DNA of 64,000 nt, from contig CAZFKS010000007.1 in NCBI GenBank assembly GCA_964519725.1, forward strand, positions 1,221 to 65,220. The letters run 5' to 3'. Shown piece by piece: positions 31,456 through 41,054 of this stretch (positions are counted from its first letter, which is position 1; the number at the start of each line of letters is the position of its first letter). This DNA comes from an uncultured Gammaproteobacteria bacterium (GTDB lineage: Bacteria > Patescibacteriota > Patescibacteriia > Magasanikbacterales > UBA922). The notes beneath the pieces are model-generated. The model saw nothing but the letters and a program-made list of their open reading frames with translations. It searched no databases and was not told the DNA's origin. Both the position numbers and the translations under genes were made by a program.

Positions 31456-32388
31456 TTAGTTAGCTAAAAATTCAGTCATCAAGGCCTTAGCTTCGTCGTA
31501 AGTTTTAACCCACTTAATATTTTTGTCACGCTTAAACCAAGTCAATTGACGTTTGGCATAGTGCCAGGTATCAGTTTTTAACTGCTCAATCGCTTCTTTT
31601 AAACTAATTTTGCCCTCTAAATACGGCTTAAACTGGCGATAACCAATTCCATTCATGCTGGTTAAATTCCAGGCGTACTTTTGTTTGAGTAGACCTTCAA
31701 TTTCTTGAATCAAACCATCAGTCACCATTTTTTCTGAACGTTCATTAATTCTAGCATGTAGTAAATCACGATCAACTTCAATGCCAATTTGCAAAATGTC
31801 AAACATAGCCTCACCTTTTTTCTTTTGGGCCAAAAAACTTTCGCCGGTCATAATGCAAACCTCAAGTGCGCGAATGAGCCGACGTTTATTGTGTTTATCA
31901 ATCACCGCCGCTGTGTCTTTGTCCATCTTTTCTAGTAGTTCAAATAATTCTGCGCAAGTTTTTTCTTCTAAACTTTTGCGCAATTTTGGGTTAGCCTCAA
32001 CAGGCGGAATAATAAAATTATCCACGAGCGTAGAAATATAGAGACCGGTTCCACCCACAACCATCGGTAGACGATCATTTTTATGAGCGGTTTTGATGTG
32101 CTTAATGGCCTCATCACGAAATTCAGCGGCGGAAAAAGTTTTGCCTGGGTTCAAAAAATCCACCAAATGATGGCGGATTCCGTTGACAAAGTACGATCTT
32201 CCGAGCCCATCCCAGCGCCATTCACCCACGGCTTTGGCCGTGCCAATGGTCATTTTTTGGTAAATTTGCCGCGAGTCAGCTGAGATAATGTCAGCGTTAA
32301 AAGCCTGGGCCAGCTCTAGGCCCCAGGCAGTTTTACCACTGGCAGTTGGGCCCAATAGTACTACTAGTTTAGGTAAATTTTGAGTCAT
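31456..32388 (-). CDS. miaA: tRNA dimethylallyltransferase
   Basis: GPTASGKT, SADSRQIY, IGTAK, VGGTGLY, IRALEV, YAKRQLTWF. Confidence 0.96.
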   Translation of the reverse strand: MTQNLPKLVVLLGPTASGKTAWGLELAQAFNADIISADSRQIYQKMTIGTAKAVGEWRWDGLGRSYFVNGIRHHLVDFLNPGKTFSAAEFRDEAIKHIKTAHKNDRLPMVVGGTGLYISTLVDNFIIPPVEANPKLRKSLEEKTCAELFELLEKMDKDTAAVIDKHNKRRLIRALEVCIMTGESFLAQKKKGEAMFDILQIGIEVDRDLLHARINERSEKMVTDGLIQEIEGLLKQKYAWNLTSMNGIGYRQFKPYLEGKISLKEAIEQLKTDTWHYAKRQLTWFKRDKNIKWVKTYDEAKALMTEFLAN

Positions 32389-32499
32389 GCGATTATCTAA
32401 TGTCAGTACTGTAGCCTAACAATGCCTTTTAGGCAAGACGGGGGGCCATCCACCAAAGTGATTGTATTTAAAAGTATTTTTGATTATCATAAATTTATT

Positions 32500-33720
32500 A
32501 TGAAAGAAGATTTAAATTTCAGACCCGCCGAGGCTACCCAATTTCAGGCACCTAGTTCAGAGGAATTACATCACGAAGAAGCAAGTGAGATTGAACAACC
32601 ACGCACTAAACAACAAAGGCGGAAAAAAGATACCCCTGAATTAACTTCTACCGAACCAGTCCTTGAACCAAAGAAGACTCTAGATTCAATTGACCCCGAG
32701 ATTGTTATTGACCCAGCCATTGAAGCTGAATTCAACAGTCTTGAGTTTGTTGACCACGAATGCAGCCGTAAATTAAATTACGCCAATGAAATTTACACCA
32801 ATTTAAATCATAAAATTGCTGTATTACAATCTGACCTTACCCGCGTAGACGCGATTCAAGACCCGAGTACCCGCGATTTGCTTCACGCCCATCTTCAACA
32901 AAGAATCGCCCAAGAACAAACCCAGCTTGTTAATGCCCATGAAATCATCCAGTTACTCAACCTCGGCGATGCACTAGCTCAAGAAAAGGACTCTAAAAAA
33001 ATAGTAGAAATTAAGAAGACAATTTCCAATAAACCTTTACCACTTAACCTACGGGATATAACTGCTTCTTCTCAAGAATATAGTCCTCCCTACACACGGG
33101 CCGACCTAGCCCACAATCCTGACCAAGTGACTGAGATTGTCTCTCGATTACCTAAAAAACTATCCGAAGAGGAAAAAGAGCAGAAAAAAACTGACCTCAA
33201 AGCCGAAAAATCCTACAAACTTGAAACTAAACGTTATATTGTCAAACAAGATTTAGAACGCAATAAGAAAACACTCAACGAGTGGTATAAATCACGAGTT
33301 TCATCACCTCTAGAGAATATTGCAGATTGGACTGAAAAAAAATTGCAACTAATGTCTCTTATTCATGACCAAATTGATGACTTAAAGAGAATCGACGCTG
33401 AACTGACGGCGATTAGTCAGGGTAAAACCACACTTGCACCACTAAAAGAAATATTTCCTCCTTTGGACAGTGAGGCAAATTCTGACAACGGAGGCAGTAA
33501 AGCTATCCCTAAGACTCCGGAAACCCAAGTTGCCCCTTCTGAACCACAGAGTAACATTCAAATTAATCAGCCACGTCTTCAGTTTGACATTGCCCAGCTT
33601 CCAACCATGGGGTATGAGTCTAATGAGTCCCCCGTCCCTCAAATAACAGCCTCAGCCTCTGGGCCCAATCTTGCCCCAAAATCTCGGTGGAAAAAAATTT
33701 TAGAAGTTTTTCACTTTTAA
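32500..33720 (+). CDS. Hypothetical acidic/coiled-coil protein
   Basis: Long ORF; start set at ATG 32500 downstream of TTGTAT-17 nt-TATCAT. Confidence 0.7.
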   Translation: MKEDLNFRPAEATQFQAPSSEELHHEEASEIEQPRTKQQRRKKDTPELTSTEPVLEPKKTLDSIDPEIVIDPAIEAEFNSLEFVDHECSRKLNYANEIYTNLNHKIAVLQSDLTRVDAIQDPSTRDLLHAHLQQRIAQEQTQLVNAHEIIQLLNLGDALAQEKDSKKIVEIKKTISNKPLPLNLRDITASSQEYSPPYTRADLAHNPDQVTEIVSRLPKKLSEEEKEQKKTDLKAEKSYKLETKRYIVKQDLERNKKTLNEWYKSRVSSPLENIADWTEKKLQLMSLIHDQIDDLKRIDAELTAISQGKTTLAPLKEIFPPLDSEANSDNGGSKAIPKTPETQVAPSEPQSNIQINQPRLQFDIAQLPTMGYESNESPVPQITASASGPNLAPKSRWKKILEVFHF

Positions 33721-33728
33721 TTTACATT

Positions 33729-35474
33729 TTAAAGCTCGATCTGATTTGAGCGAGTTTTAATTTTTTGAATTAGTTTTTCCACAAACTCAATTTGTTCTAC
33801 AGTTATCGGATCTTCATTACCACGCACGCGCACACTAAGAGGTTCGCCAGCAATTTCACGGTCACCAACTACTACAATGTACGGCACTTTTTGCGCCGCG
33901 GCGTTGCGAACTTTTTTACCTACGGTTTCATTTGCCCCGTCTACTTCCACTCGAATCCCAGCCTCTTGCCACTTGGCCGCCATAGCCTCGGCTCCCGCCC
34001 CATGTTTTTCCCCAGACACTGGGGCGAGTACGACTTGCACTGGGGCGAGCCAAGTTGGAAACGCCCCCGCCGTGTGTTCAATGTACACACTCATAAACCG
34101 TTCCAAAGAACCAAGCAAAGCTTTATGAATCATGACTGGACGTTGTTTGGTACCATCCTCAGCCGTGTATTCCAGTTCAAACCGTTCTGGTTGCACAAAA
34201 TCGAGCTGTTCAGTGGCCAATTGCCACTCGCGCCCAATCGCATCAGTCGCCATAATATCAATTTTCGGACCGTAAAAAGCTGCCTCACCCAAGCCAATGA
34301 AATAATCTAGACCAAGTTCTTTGGCCACATTTTCAATCGTTGTTTGGGCTTTTTCCCAGAGCGCTGGATCACCTAAATATTTATCTGATTCATCACGGAA
34401 ACTTAACCGGGCGCGCCACTTGAGACCAAATACATCGTACATGGTTTTGATCATGGTCATGATCGCCTTGAATTCACTTTCAATTTGATCAATGCGACAA
34501 AAAACATGCGCGTCGTCCTGGGTCGCGGCGCGTACGCGTGACAAACCATGCAGTTCACCAGCCTTTTCATCACGGTATACCACAGTGTTTTCCATATACC
34601 GAATTGGTAGGTCACGGTAAGACCGACCGCGGCTGGCAAAAATTTGGGTGTGGTGCGGACAGTTCATTGGTTTCATCATGAACTCACTATCACTTTCCAC
34701 ACTACTAACATTAAACCGTTCTGGGTATTTATCATAGTGTCCAGAGCGCTTGTACAAATCCACTTTGGTAATGTGCGGAATCGCTACGCGCTGATAACCA
34801 GCCGCTTTTTGCAGTTCCTGACTAAATGCACCCAGTTCATCGCGCATAATGGTGCCACGCGGTGTAAACAGTGGCAGTCCAGGTCCAACTAAATCAGAAA
34901 AAACAAACAAATCTAGTTCTTGACCGAGTTTGCGGTGATCGCGTTTTTTCGCTTCTTCAATTTGAGTTAAATACGCCTCCAATTCTTCTTTGGTCGCAAA
35001 AGCTGTACCGTAAATACGAACCAACATTTTATTTTTAATGTCCCCGCGCCAATACGCACCAGCGACTGACAAAAGTTTAAAATTTTTCAATTCTTTACTT
35101 GGATTTTCCGCGTGTCCACCGCGGCACAGGTCAGTAAATCCACCACAAGTATAAAAAGTCAATTGTGCACCTTCACCAGCAAATTCATTAATTAATTCCT
35201 GCTTATATTCGTTATTTTTAAAATATTCCAGCGCTTCAACCTTAGAAACTTCTTTGCGTTCAAAACTAGTCCAATTTTTCACTAGTTCGCGCATTTTGTT
35301 TTCAATGGCAGTGAGTTCATGATCAGTGATTTTGAGCTCATCAAAATCATAGTAAAAACCAGTCTCAATTGAGGGGCCAATAGTCCGCTTAGCCTCTGGG
35401 TATAGTTGTTCCACGGCTGCGGCCAATAAATGTGCGGCTGAGTGCCGCAATGCGGCTAGTTGTTCTTTTTCCAT
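33729..35474 (-). CDS. thrS: Threonyl-tRNA synthetase (no N-terminal TGS domain)
   Basis: RHSAAHLL, GFYYDF, DLCRGGH, RDHRKLG, KPMNCPHH, AAFYGPKID, GSLERF; ATG 35474 follows the leader terminator. Confidence 0.97.
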   Translation of the reverse strand: MEKEQLAALRHSAAHLLAAAVEQLYPEAKRTIGPSIETGFYYDFDELKITDHELTAIENKMRELVKNWTSFERKEVSKVEALEYFKNNEYKQELINEFAGEGAQLTFYTCGGFTDLCRGGHAENPSKELKNFKLLSVAGAYWRGDIKNKMLVRIYGTAFATKEELEAYLTQIEEAKKRDHRKLGQELDLFVFSDLVGPGLPLFTPRGTIMRDELGAFSQELQKAAGYQRVAIPHITKVDLYKRSGHYDKYPERFNVSSVESDSEFMMKPMNCPHHTQIFASRGRSYRDLPIRYMENTVVYRDEKAGELHGLSRVRAATQDDAHVFCRIDQIESEFKAIMTMIKTMYDVFGLKWRARLSFRDESDKYLGDPALWEKAQTTIENVAKELGLDYFIGLGEAAFYGPKIDIMATDAIGREWQLATEQLDFVQPERFELEYTAEDGTKQRPVMIHKALLGSLERFMSVYIEHTAGAFPTWLAPVQVVLAPVSGEKHGAGAEAMAAKWQEAGIRVEVDGANETVGKKVRNAAAQKVPYIVVVGDREIAGEPLSVRVRGNEDPITVEQIEFVEKLIQKIKTRSNQIEL

Positions 35475-35479
35475 ATATA

Positions 35480-35612
35480 AATAAAAAGCCCCCGACGCCA
35501 TTTTCCCTAAGGATTTGGCGCCGGGGTCATGAGTACATGACGGTTCCACCCGTGCTTTTGCTTAAATAAATTTGTATGCACTCCAGGGTTGGTAGGCCTG
35601 TCAAACGTGCAG
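35480..35612 (-). ncRNA. Minimal transcriptional T-box riboswitch (Thr, ACC specifier)
   Basis: Antiterminator CGGG-UGGAACC-GUCAUG(uacu)CAUGAC-CCCG; mutually exclusive terminator CCCCGGCGCCA...UGGCGUCGGGG followed by a U-tract; 5' hairpin UGCAC..CAGG-ccuACCaac-CCUG..GUGCA. Confidence 0.85.
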
Positions 35613-35616
35613 TAAC

Positions 35617-35645
35617 ACTTTAACGTACCCGAAACTTTCTGTCAA
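35617..35645 (-). promoter_or_regulatory. Sigma70 promoter of the thrS leader
   Basis: TTGACA-17 nt-TAAAGT. Confidence 0.7.
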
Positions 35646-35646
35646 A

Positions 35647-37104
35647 TTAGAGCCCAAAATTCATTGGGTACCCAGTCACTGGATAGGTATTTGACTGATT
35701 GTAGGCGCTGGTATTTTCACTCTTACCAGTTGGGGTGTAGTGGTAAAAAACCCCACCACCGCTCCAGAACATCACTTTTGGATCACTTGAGGCCAGTGGG
35801 CCTTTGTTCCCGGCAATTTGGGCGATCAAACTAACTTGACCAGAACTTTTACCAGCTAAAGCATGGGTAGTATCAGCTACGAGCATGAAATACTTAGTTT
35901 GGCCAGCTGGAATAACTAAATTATCCATGGCTCCAGCCACATCATTTTTTTGGTCAAAAGTTAAGTATACAGTTTCAATTCCACAAGTCCCGACCCCTGG
36001 AATGTTAACTGTCCCAGCAGCTGGCGCACCAGGCATTGGTGAAACTAAACAACTAGTTGTTGTGGCAATTGGACTAGCCCCAACCGGAATATTATTTTGG
36101 CTATCAGCTGGATACAATTTAAAGCCAGAAACATATCCTGTACTGCTAGTACCAGTACTTACCATTCCGTTAGCTTTAACATTTAAGAGTAATTTTGAAA
36201 TGCGTAAATCTTTTTCACCAACCGCGCTAATCGCGATTGGGAAAATTTTGCTCTCAGTATTAACTGGTTTTGGATACACTGACCAACTACTCCAACTGGA
36301 ATAAATCATTGGTACACTGTTGTGGTAAAGATTTGGGGCTGTGAGAGCACCAATGGCATAGGCTGGCGCCCGGAAACTAAAGTCTGTAAATTTAAGCTGA
36401 TTACCAGTAATTCCACTGACCGCTTGCCAAGTATTTGCAACTTGCAAATTTACCCCAAAGCGAATAATTGAATTTTCTTTCATTACACCTGATCCAGTTA
36501 CTACCCCACGAAGCACCAGGGTTTGCATTTGATTTAGAGGAACGGTGAAGTTATTGAGATTAAAATCCACATAACCATTGGTCATTTCAGCCGTCCCAAG
36601 CTGGATACCATTTCCGGTTGAGAGCCGAAGTTTAGTAAATTCAGCGGCGGTGGTCCGCACTGTGTAATCTGGATTAATTGCGGAAAAACGCACTTTTGTA
36701 AGTTTGATAGGTTCGTTTTGTGCGACTATATCCCACTTTCCAAGCACTTCTGACATAGTTGAACTAGCTTCAGTACTTGGAGTTGGTACAATAATTCTCG
36801 AAACCGTTTCACTGTCAGTTTTAGCTTGCACCAAGAGGCGGGCAGTTGAGGATGCAACACTTGGTGTGCTGGTGGTGGCGGCTAAATTATAATTTCCAGC
36901 CGCAAATGTATTCATGACCAGACTAGCAATCCCGATTACGGTCAAAGCGGCCACCATTTTGAGATCAAAAATAGTGTGCTTATGCACGATTTGTTCAGCT
37001 TTAGCTTCCACCAAATCTTCTAACGCGGCAGAGCTGAGCTCAATTTTTCTGGCGCGCGGTTTGCGCACGGCTTTGGACTTAGGCTTGCTAGAGCGGACAG
37101 GCAT
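35647..37104 (-). CDS. Membrane-anchored surface (S-layer-like) protein
   Basis: Basic N-terminus, one TM segment, S/T-rich linker and a beta-rich extracellular region. Confidence 0.75.
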   Translation of the reverse strand: MPVRSSKPKSKAVRKPRARKIELSSAALEDLVEAKAEQIVHKHTIFDLKMVAALTVIGIASLVMNTFAAGNYNLAATTSTPSVASSTARLLVQAKTDSETVSRIIVPTPSTEASSTMSEVLGKWDIVAQNEPIKLTKVRFSAINPDYTVRTTAAEFTKLRLSTGNGIQLGTAEMTNGYVDFNLNNFTVPLNQMQTLVLRGVVTGSGVMKENSIIRFGVNLQVANTWQAVSGITGNQLKFTDFSFRAPAYAIGALTAPNLYHNSVPMIYSSWSSWSVYPKPVNTESKIFPIAISAVGEKDLRISKLLLNVKANGMVSTGTSSTGYVSGFKLYPADSQNNIPVGASPIATTTSCLVSPMPGAPAAGTVNIPGVGTCGIETVYLTFDQKNDVAGAMDNLVIPAGQTKYFMLVADTTHALAGKSSGQVSLIAQIAGNKGPLASSDPKVMFWSGGGVFYHYTPTGKSENTSAYNQSNTYPVTGYPMNFGL

Positions 37105-37113
37105 ATATAAAAA

Positions 37114-38274
37114 TTATTCTGATTGCTTAATGGTAATATCAACGCGATCAGCCACTTGCGGCACAGTTTTATTCCAGAGTGGTTTAAATTTCATTTCCAC
37201 ACTTTCTACATGGTCGAGCGACATGACGTATTTTCTTACATCCTCCTCTGATTTACCAAAAAATACCTGTTCATTTAGCTTAGGACTGTTCGGATCGAGA
37301 TTTACAGTCCCAGTTTGAGTGACGCGTAAAGTTAAAATATTTTTTGCCCCATCAAAACTGTCAAAAGTAACGCTTGGTTCTGACGCGGCTGATTGGAGAA
37401 CATCATTATTATCAACAATTTTTCGGTTTAACATGGCGGTGGCTGAGCGGCTCAAATCTTCTGGTTTATAGGCGGCCAAAACCACCGTCGCCTTGCCTGA
37501 AATTGAAAAGGTACTCGCCAAATCCCCTGCTTTAGCTGAAGCCGTTGGTGTGGATTGGACCACAAAACCATTAGCAGCCTGACCTGGGAATTTTGCTTGG
37601 GCTAATTGTTTGGCTTTTTCTTTGAGCGCTTCATTAAAGGCTGTGGTCGCACTCGATAAATCATCAACCGTTACAATTCCAACCTGGCGCTCGCCAACGG
37701 CTGAGAGCGCAGTTGAACTTTTAGCATATACTTCTTTTTGACGATCAGCTGGTAAGCCTGGAATAGTGAACTGAGTTGGACTACTAATGTTGTTGGCGGC
37801 TTCTTTTTTATCAGCGTACACTTCTACACTAATTGAACCTTTGGCTGGAACAGTGACACCTTTGGCCAGGCGGTACAGCACTCCGTTTGGAGCGAGCAAA
37901 CGCGTGGTTGCAACGAGTGGTTGTTCACTGACAGAGTCATTAATGAGCATAACACTACCTCCGTTACCGGCGCCACTAGCAGTGGTTGTAGTTGTACGTG
38001 GTGTAAATGATTGTTCAAACGTAATGACTGTACTACTCACTGACCCAGGAATCGCGCCATCAGCGGCTGTGCCAACTTCCACTGGAAATGATACGTCCAC
38101 TGGTTCAGATTTTGTTAAAATCGTAATACTAGCGCGTTTAGCTGACATGAACGCAATTAGAGCCAATAAACCCAAGGTCAAAACCAAAAAAGTAATGGCC
38201 ACAGCTTTATAAAAACGAACTGGTTGTCCGTAATTGCCTCCCATTGGTCCAGTTGTACGCGTTGTATGTACCAT
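37114..38274 (-). CDS. Single-pass membrane protein with a baseplate-J-like/Ig-like extracellular region
   Basis: N-terminal TM; motif G.V.LIN...QPLVATTRL...GVLYRL...VTVPA.G...VEVYA...FTIPGL. Confidence 0.7.
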   Translation of the reverse strand: MVHTTRTTGPMGGNYGQPVRFYKAVAITFLVLTLGLLALIAFMSAKRASITILTKSEPVDVSFPVEVGTAADGAIPGSVSSTVITFEQSFTPRTTTTTASGAGNGGSVMLINDSVSEQPLVATTRLLAPNGVLYRLAKGVTVPAKGSISVEVYADKKEAANNISSPTQFTIPGLPADRQKEVYAKSSTALSAVGERQVGIVTVDDLSSATTAFNEALKEKAKQLAQAKFPGQAANGFVVQSTPTASAKAGDLASTFSISGKATVVLAAYKPEDLSRSATAMLNRKIVDNNDVLQSAASEPSVTFDSFDGAKNILTLRVTQTGTVNLDPNSPKLNEQVFFGKSEEDVRKYVMSLDHVESVEMKFKPLWNKTVPQVADRVDITIKQSE

Positions 38275-38280
38275 AAAAAA

Positions 38281-39999
38281 TTATTCGGTTACCCGGAAAA
38301 CTTCTTCCGGTGTGGTAATTCCATCTAAGGCCTTTAGTATACCATCTTCAGCCATAGAAATCATCCCATCAGCGCGGATAACTTCGGCCACTTCCACTTC
38401 TGAGGCAATTCCCGCACTAAGAAGCTTCTCAACTTGTGGCGTGACCGTGAAAATTTCAAAAATAGAAATGCGGCCTTTATAACCCAGTTTATTACAAGCA
38501 TCACAACCAACCGCTTTGTAAAATTCTGGCTGCGGATATTTAGCCCGGTCAGTTTCTGGTAAATGCGCAATAATCTCAGTAATTTTTTTCTGCTCTACTT
38601 CTGGAAATTCAGCTAGAGTAATTTTAGTGCGGCACGCAGTACATACTTTACGCACCAAGCGCTGACCAATTACGCAGTTCAAGGCTGGAGCGAGCAAAAA
38701 AGGCTTCACACCCATGGCCAAAAACCGTGGAATCGCGCCCGCCGCACTGTTGGTATGGATCGTTGAAAGTAGTAAGTGCCCAGTCAGCGCCGCTTGCACC
38801 GCTGTATCAGCGGTTTCTAAGTCGCGGATTTCACCGACCATCACCACATCAGGGTCCTGACGCAAAATTGACCGTAAACCTTTGGCAAAAGTGTAGTCTT
38901 TGGTGTGATCAATCTGACTTTGGTTTACACCTGGAATGCGGTATTCGACTGGATCTTCCAGGGTAATAATTTTCACCCCTGGTTTATTAAGCATGGTTAA
39001 AATCGCGTACAAAGTGGTGGACTTACCAGACCCGGTCGGACCAGTAATCATGATCATGCCATTTGGCCGGGTAATTTCATTTTTCAAAATTTCTAAGCCA
39101 CGACCCCGCACACCCAAATCATCGAGCGTAATATGTTGACCCGTTTGGCGCAAAAGACGCATTACCACACTTTCGCCATAAAGCGTTGGAATGGTGGAAA
39201 CACGCACATCAACATCGTAGGCTTTTAATTTAATGGTAAAACGGCCGTCTTGTGGCGACTCAGTGATGTTAATTTTCAAAGATGATGTTAATTTAACCCG
39301 AGAAAGTAATTGTTTAGCAGCTTCTTTTGGCAAAACTGCGGCATCATGCAAAACACCATCCAGCCGAAAGCGCACTACTAACCGCGCCGCTTCATTTTCA
39401 ATGTGTACATCTGATGCATCCAATTTCAAAGCCGCCCCCAAAATTGCAACCACCGTGTCACTGGTTGATTGTTTATCAAGTAAAGCTTGGAATGAAGAAA
39501 AATCAGTCACGTCACCCTGAATTGCCCCTAAGGCAGTCTCGGTAATTTCCACATCTTTGCTGACTGGTTTTACATTTGGCAGCCGTGCATACATTTCCAA
39601 AACCTGATTAAAACTAGCTTCAGAAATAACATATATTTTACCCTCAGCGTGATTGCGCTCTTCAATAGCGGTCAAAAGTTCAGCCACCGCCGGATTGGTT
39701 GGATCAACTGCACCTAAGCGCACCTCATCTGGAGTAGCAAAAAAACAAACGGCTTTGAGTCCCTCAGCAATATCACGTGGCACCTGACGCAAGGCTTCCT
39801 GACTGACAGGGAAATGTTCCAACGCCAGATATGGATAACCTAGCTCACCAGCTAACCGTTGCGCTTCGGTTTCAAAACCCTGCTGTTTGATTTGCGCCAT
39901 TTTGTGCGAAAATTTCACTTGTGGATCATCAAGCTCTGGGGGTTTTGTCCCAGCTACAGGTTCTTTTTTTAATAAATCATTAATACTACCAAAACCCAT
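38281..39999 (-). CDS. pilB: Type IV pilus/T2SS assembly ATPase (PilB/GspE family)
   Basis: ASDVHIE, RFRLDG, PQDGRF, TGPTGSGKST, TLEDPVE, LRQDPDVVMVGEIRD, CxxC...CxxC; start at ATG 39999. Confidence 0.88.
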   Translation of the reverse strand: MGFGSINDLLKKEPVAGTKPPELDDPQVKFSHKMAQIKQQGFETEAQRLAGELGYPYLALEHFPVSQEALRQVPRDIAEGLKAVCFFATPDEVRLGAVDPTNPAVAELLTAIEERNHAEGKIYVISEASFNQVLEMYARLPNVKPVSKDVEITETALGAIQGDVTDFSSFQALLDKQSTSDTVVAILGAALKLDASDVHIENEAARLVVRFRLDGVLHDAAVLPKEAAKQLLSRVKLTSSLKINITESPQDGRFTIKLKAYDVDVRVSTIPTLYGESVVMRLLRQTGQHITLDDLGVRGRGLEILKNEITRPNGMIMITGPTGSGKSTTLYAILTMLNKPGVKIITLEDPVEYRIPGVNQSQIDHTKDYTFAKGLRSILRQDPDVVMVGEIRDLETADTAVQAALTGHLLLSTIHTNSAAGAIPRFLAMGVKPFLLAPALNCVIGQRLVRKVCTACRTKITLAEFPEVEQKKITEIIAHLPETDRAKYPQPEFYKAVGCDACNKLGYKGRISIFEIFTVTPQVEKLLSAGIASEVEVAEVIRADGMISMAEDGILKALDGITTPEEVFRVTE

Positions 40000-40000
40000 A

Positions 40001-40975
40001 CTAATCGCGCCCAAACATTCGCAAAATACTGCTGGTCATGCGGCCGTGGTGCATTTTACTAAATAAATAAGCCCAAACTGAAGTGGAAAACACCGCAAAA
40101 ATTGCACCGGCGGCCAAGCTAACCGCTAAAAATAAGGCATAACTCAGCGCGCCCACGGCCTGACCCAATTGACTTACTGGTAGCCACATGGCCAGGTATT
40201 TAATAATAATATTTGGCAAAAAGAAAACATAAAGCAAGGCAAATAGGCCAAAGAACATTAAAACAATATTAATGAGGAGGGTGATCACGCCAGTCTCAAG
40301 TGAAACCAATGGGTGCCGAAGGAAAAGACGCAAACCCTGATTAAAACTCATGGCAAATGAATATTCTTCCACCACCACATAACCAATGGCGTACATGGTA
40401 ATAATGGAAAAAATAATTCCCAAAATTAAAGCACCAGCAAAACTAAGCCAGAGCCAAACACTTTGGCCAGCGGCTAAAAATAAGGCTAATTCAGCCAAAG
40501 CAAAGGCTGACACCCAAACAAATAATTTCCGGAGGGCATTTAAACCTAAAACGCGCCAAAAATGGCGCACCCCTGCGTGCCAAGCCGCGCTTTCACTAGG
40601 AAAACGCACTGTATGTTTGGCATATTTAGCTCCTACGTAGACTAGCGCGCCCTGACTTACTGTTGCCACTACAAGTAGCGCAATTCCCAGGCCAAGTAAA
40701 ATAATTAATAACCACACTGCCCACACCCAACGCGCACTACTATCAGCAAAAAGCTGTTGTAACTGGAACCAAGTGTTGCTACTAAACACACCTTGACTAG
40801 CCCTGACCACGTCTGAAGTCGTGTTTGAACGCACCGCCCAGATCTTGGTTAGGATTTCCAAAAAACCAAATTGTCCAAGCATGAGGGCAAATAAACCAAA
40901 TGGCCACAAGTTTTTGTGGTGCCACGCTAATTTCCAGCTTGTGCGTAGTGCACTACCGTACGTTGGTTCAGACAT
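40001..40975 (-). CDS. Polytopic membrane protein
   Basis: Six to seven TM segments; coupled to pilB by a TAG-T-ATG junction. Confidence 0.75.
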   Translation of the reverse strand: MSEPTYGSALRTSWKLAWHHKNLWPFGLFALMLGQFGFLEILTKIWAVRSNTTSDVVRASQGVFSSNTWFQLQQLFADSSARWVWAVWLLIILLGLGIALLVVATVSQGALVYVGAKYAKHTVRFPSESAAWHAGVRHFWRVLGLNALRKLFVWVSAFALAELALFLAAGQSVWLWLSFAGALILGIIFSIITMYAIGYVVVEEYSFAMSFNQGLRLFLRHPLVSLETGVITLLINIVLMFFGLFALLYVFFLPNIIIKYLAMWLPVSQLGQAVGALSYALFLAVSLAAGAIFAVFSTSVWAYLFSKMHHGRMTSSILRMFGRD

Positions 40976-41016
40976 AGAAGAAAAGATTATGCTAAGAGTA
41001 TAGCACAACTTTTTAC

Positions 41017-41054
41017 AATTAAAAAACCATCCTAATTAGGATGGTTTTTTAATT
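41017..41054 (-). terminator. 38-bp perfect palindrome, probable ftsH terminator
   Basis: AATTAAAAAACCATCCTAATTAGGATGGTTTTTTAATT. Confidence 0.75.

Noticed and set aside
35475-35549. N-terminal extension of ThrRS from GTG 35549
   Set aside because: It coincides with the T-box antiterminator/terminator; the real start is ATG 35474.
37114-38274. Prophage or contractile injection system suggested by the baseplate-J-like gene
   Set aside because: No sheath, tube, capsid, terminase or integrase genes nearby, and the protein has a TM anchor.
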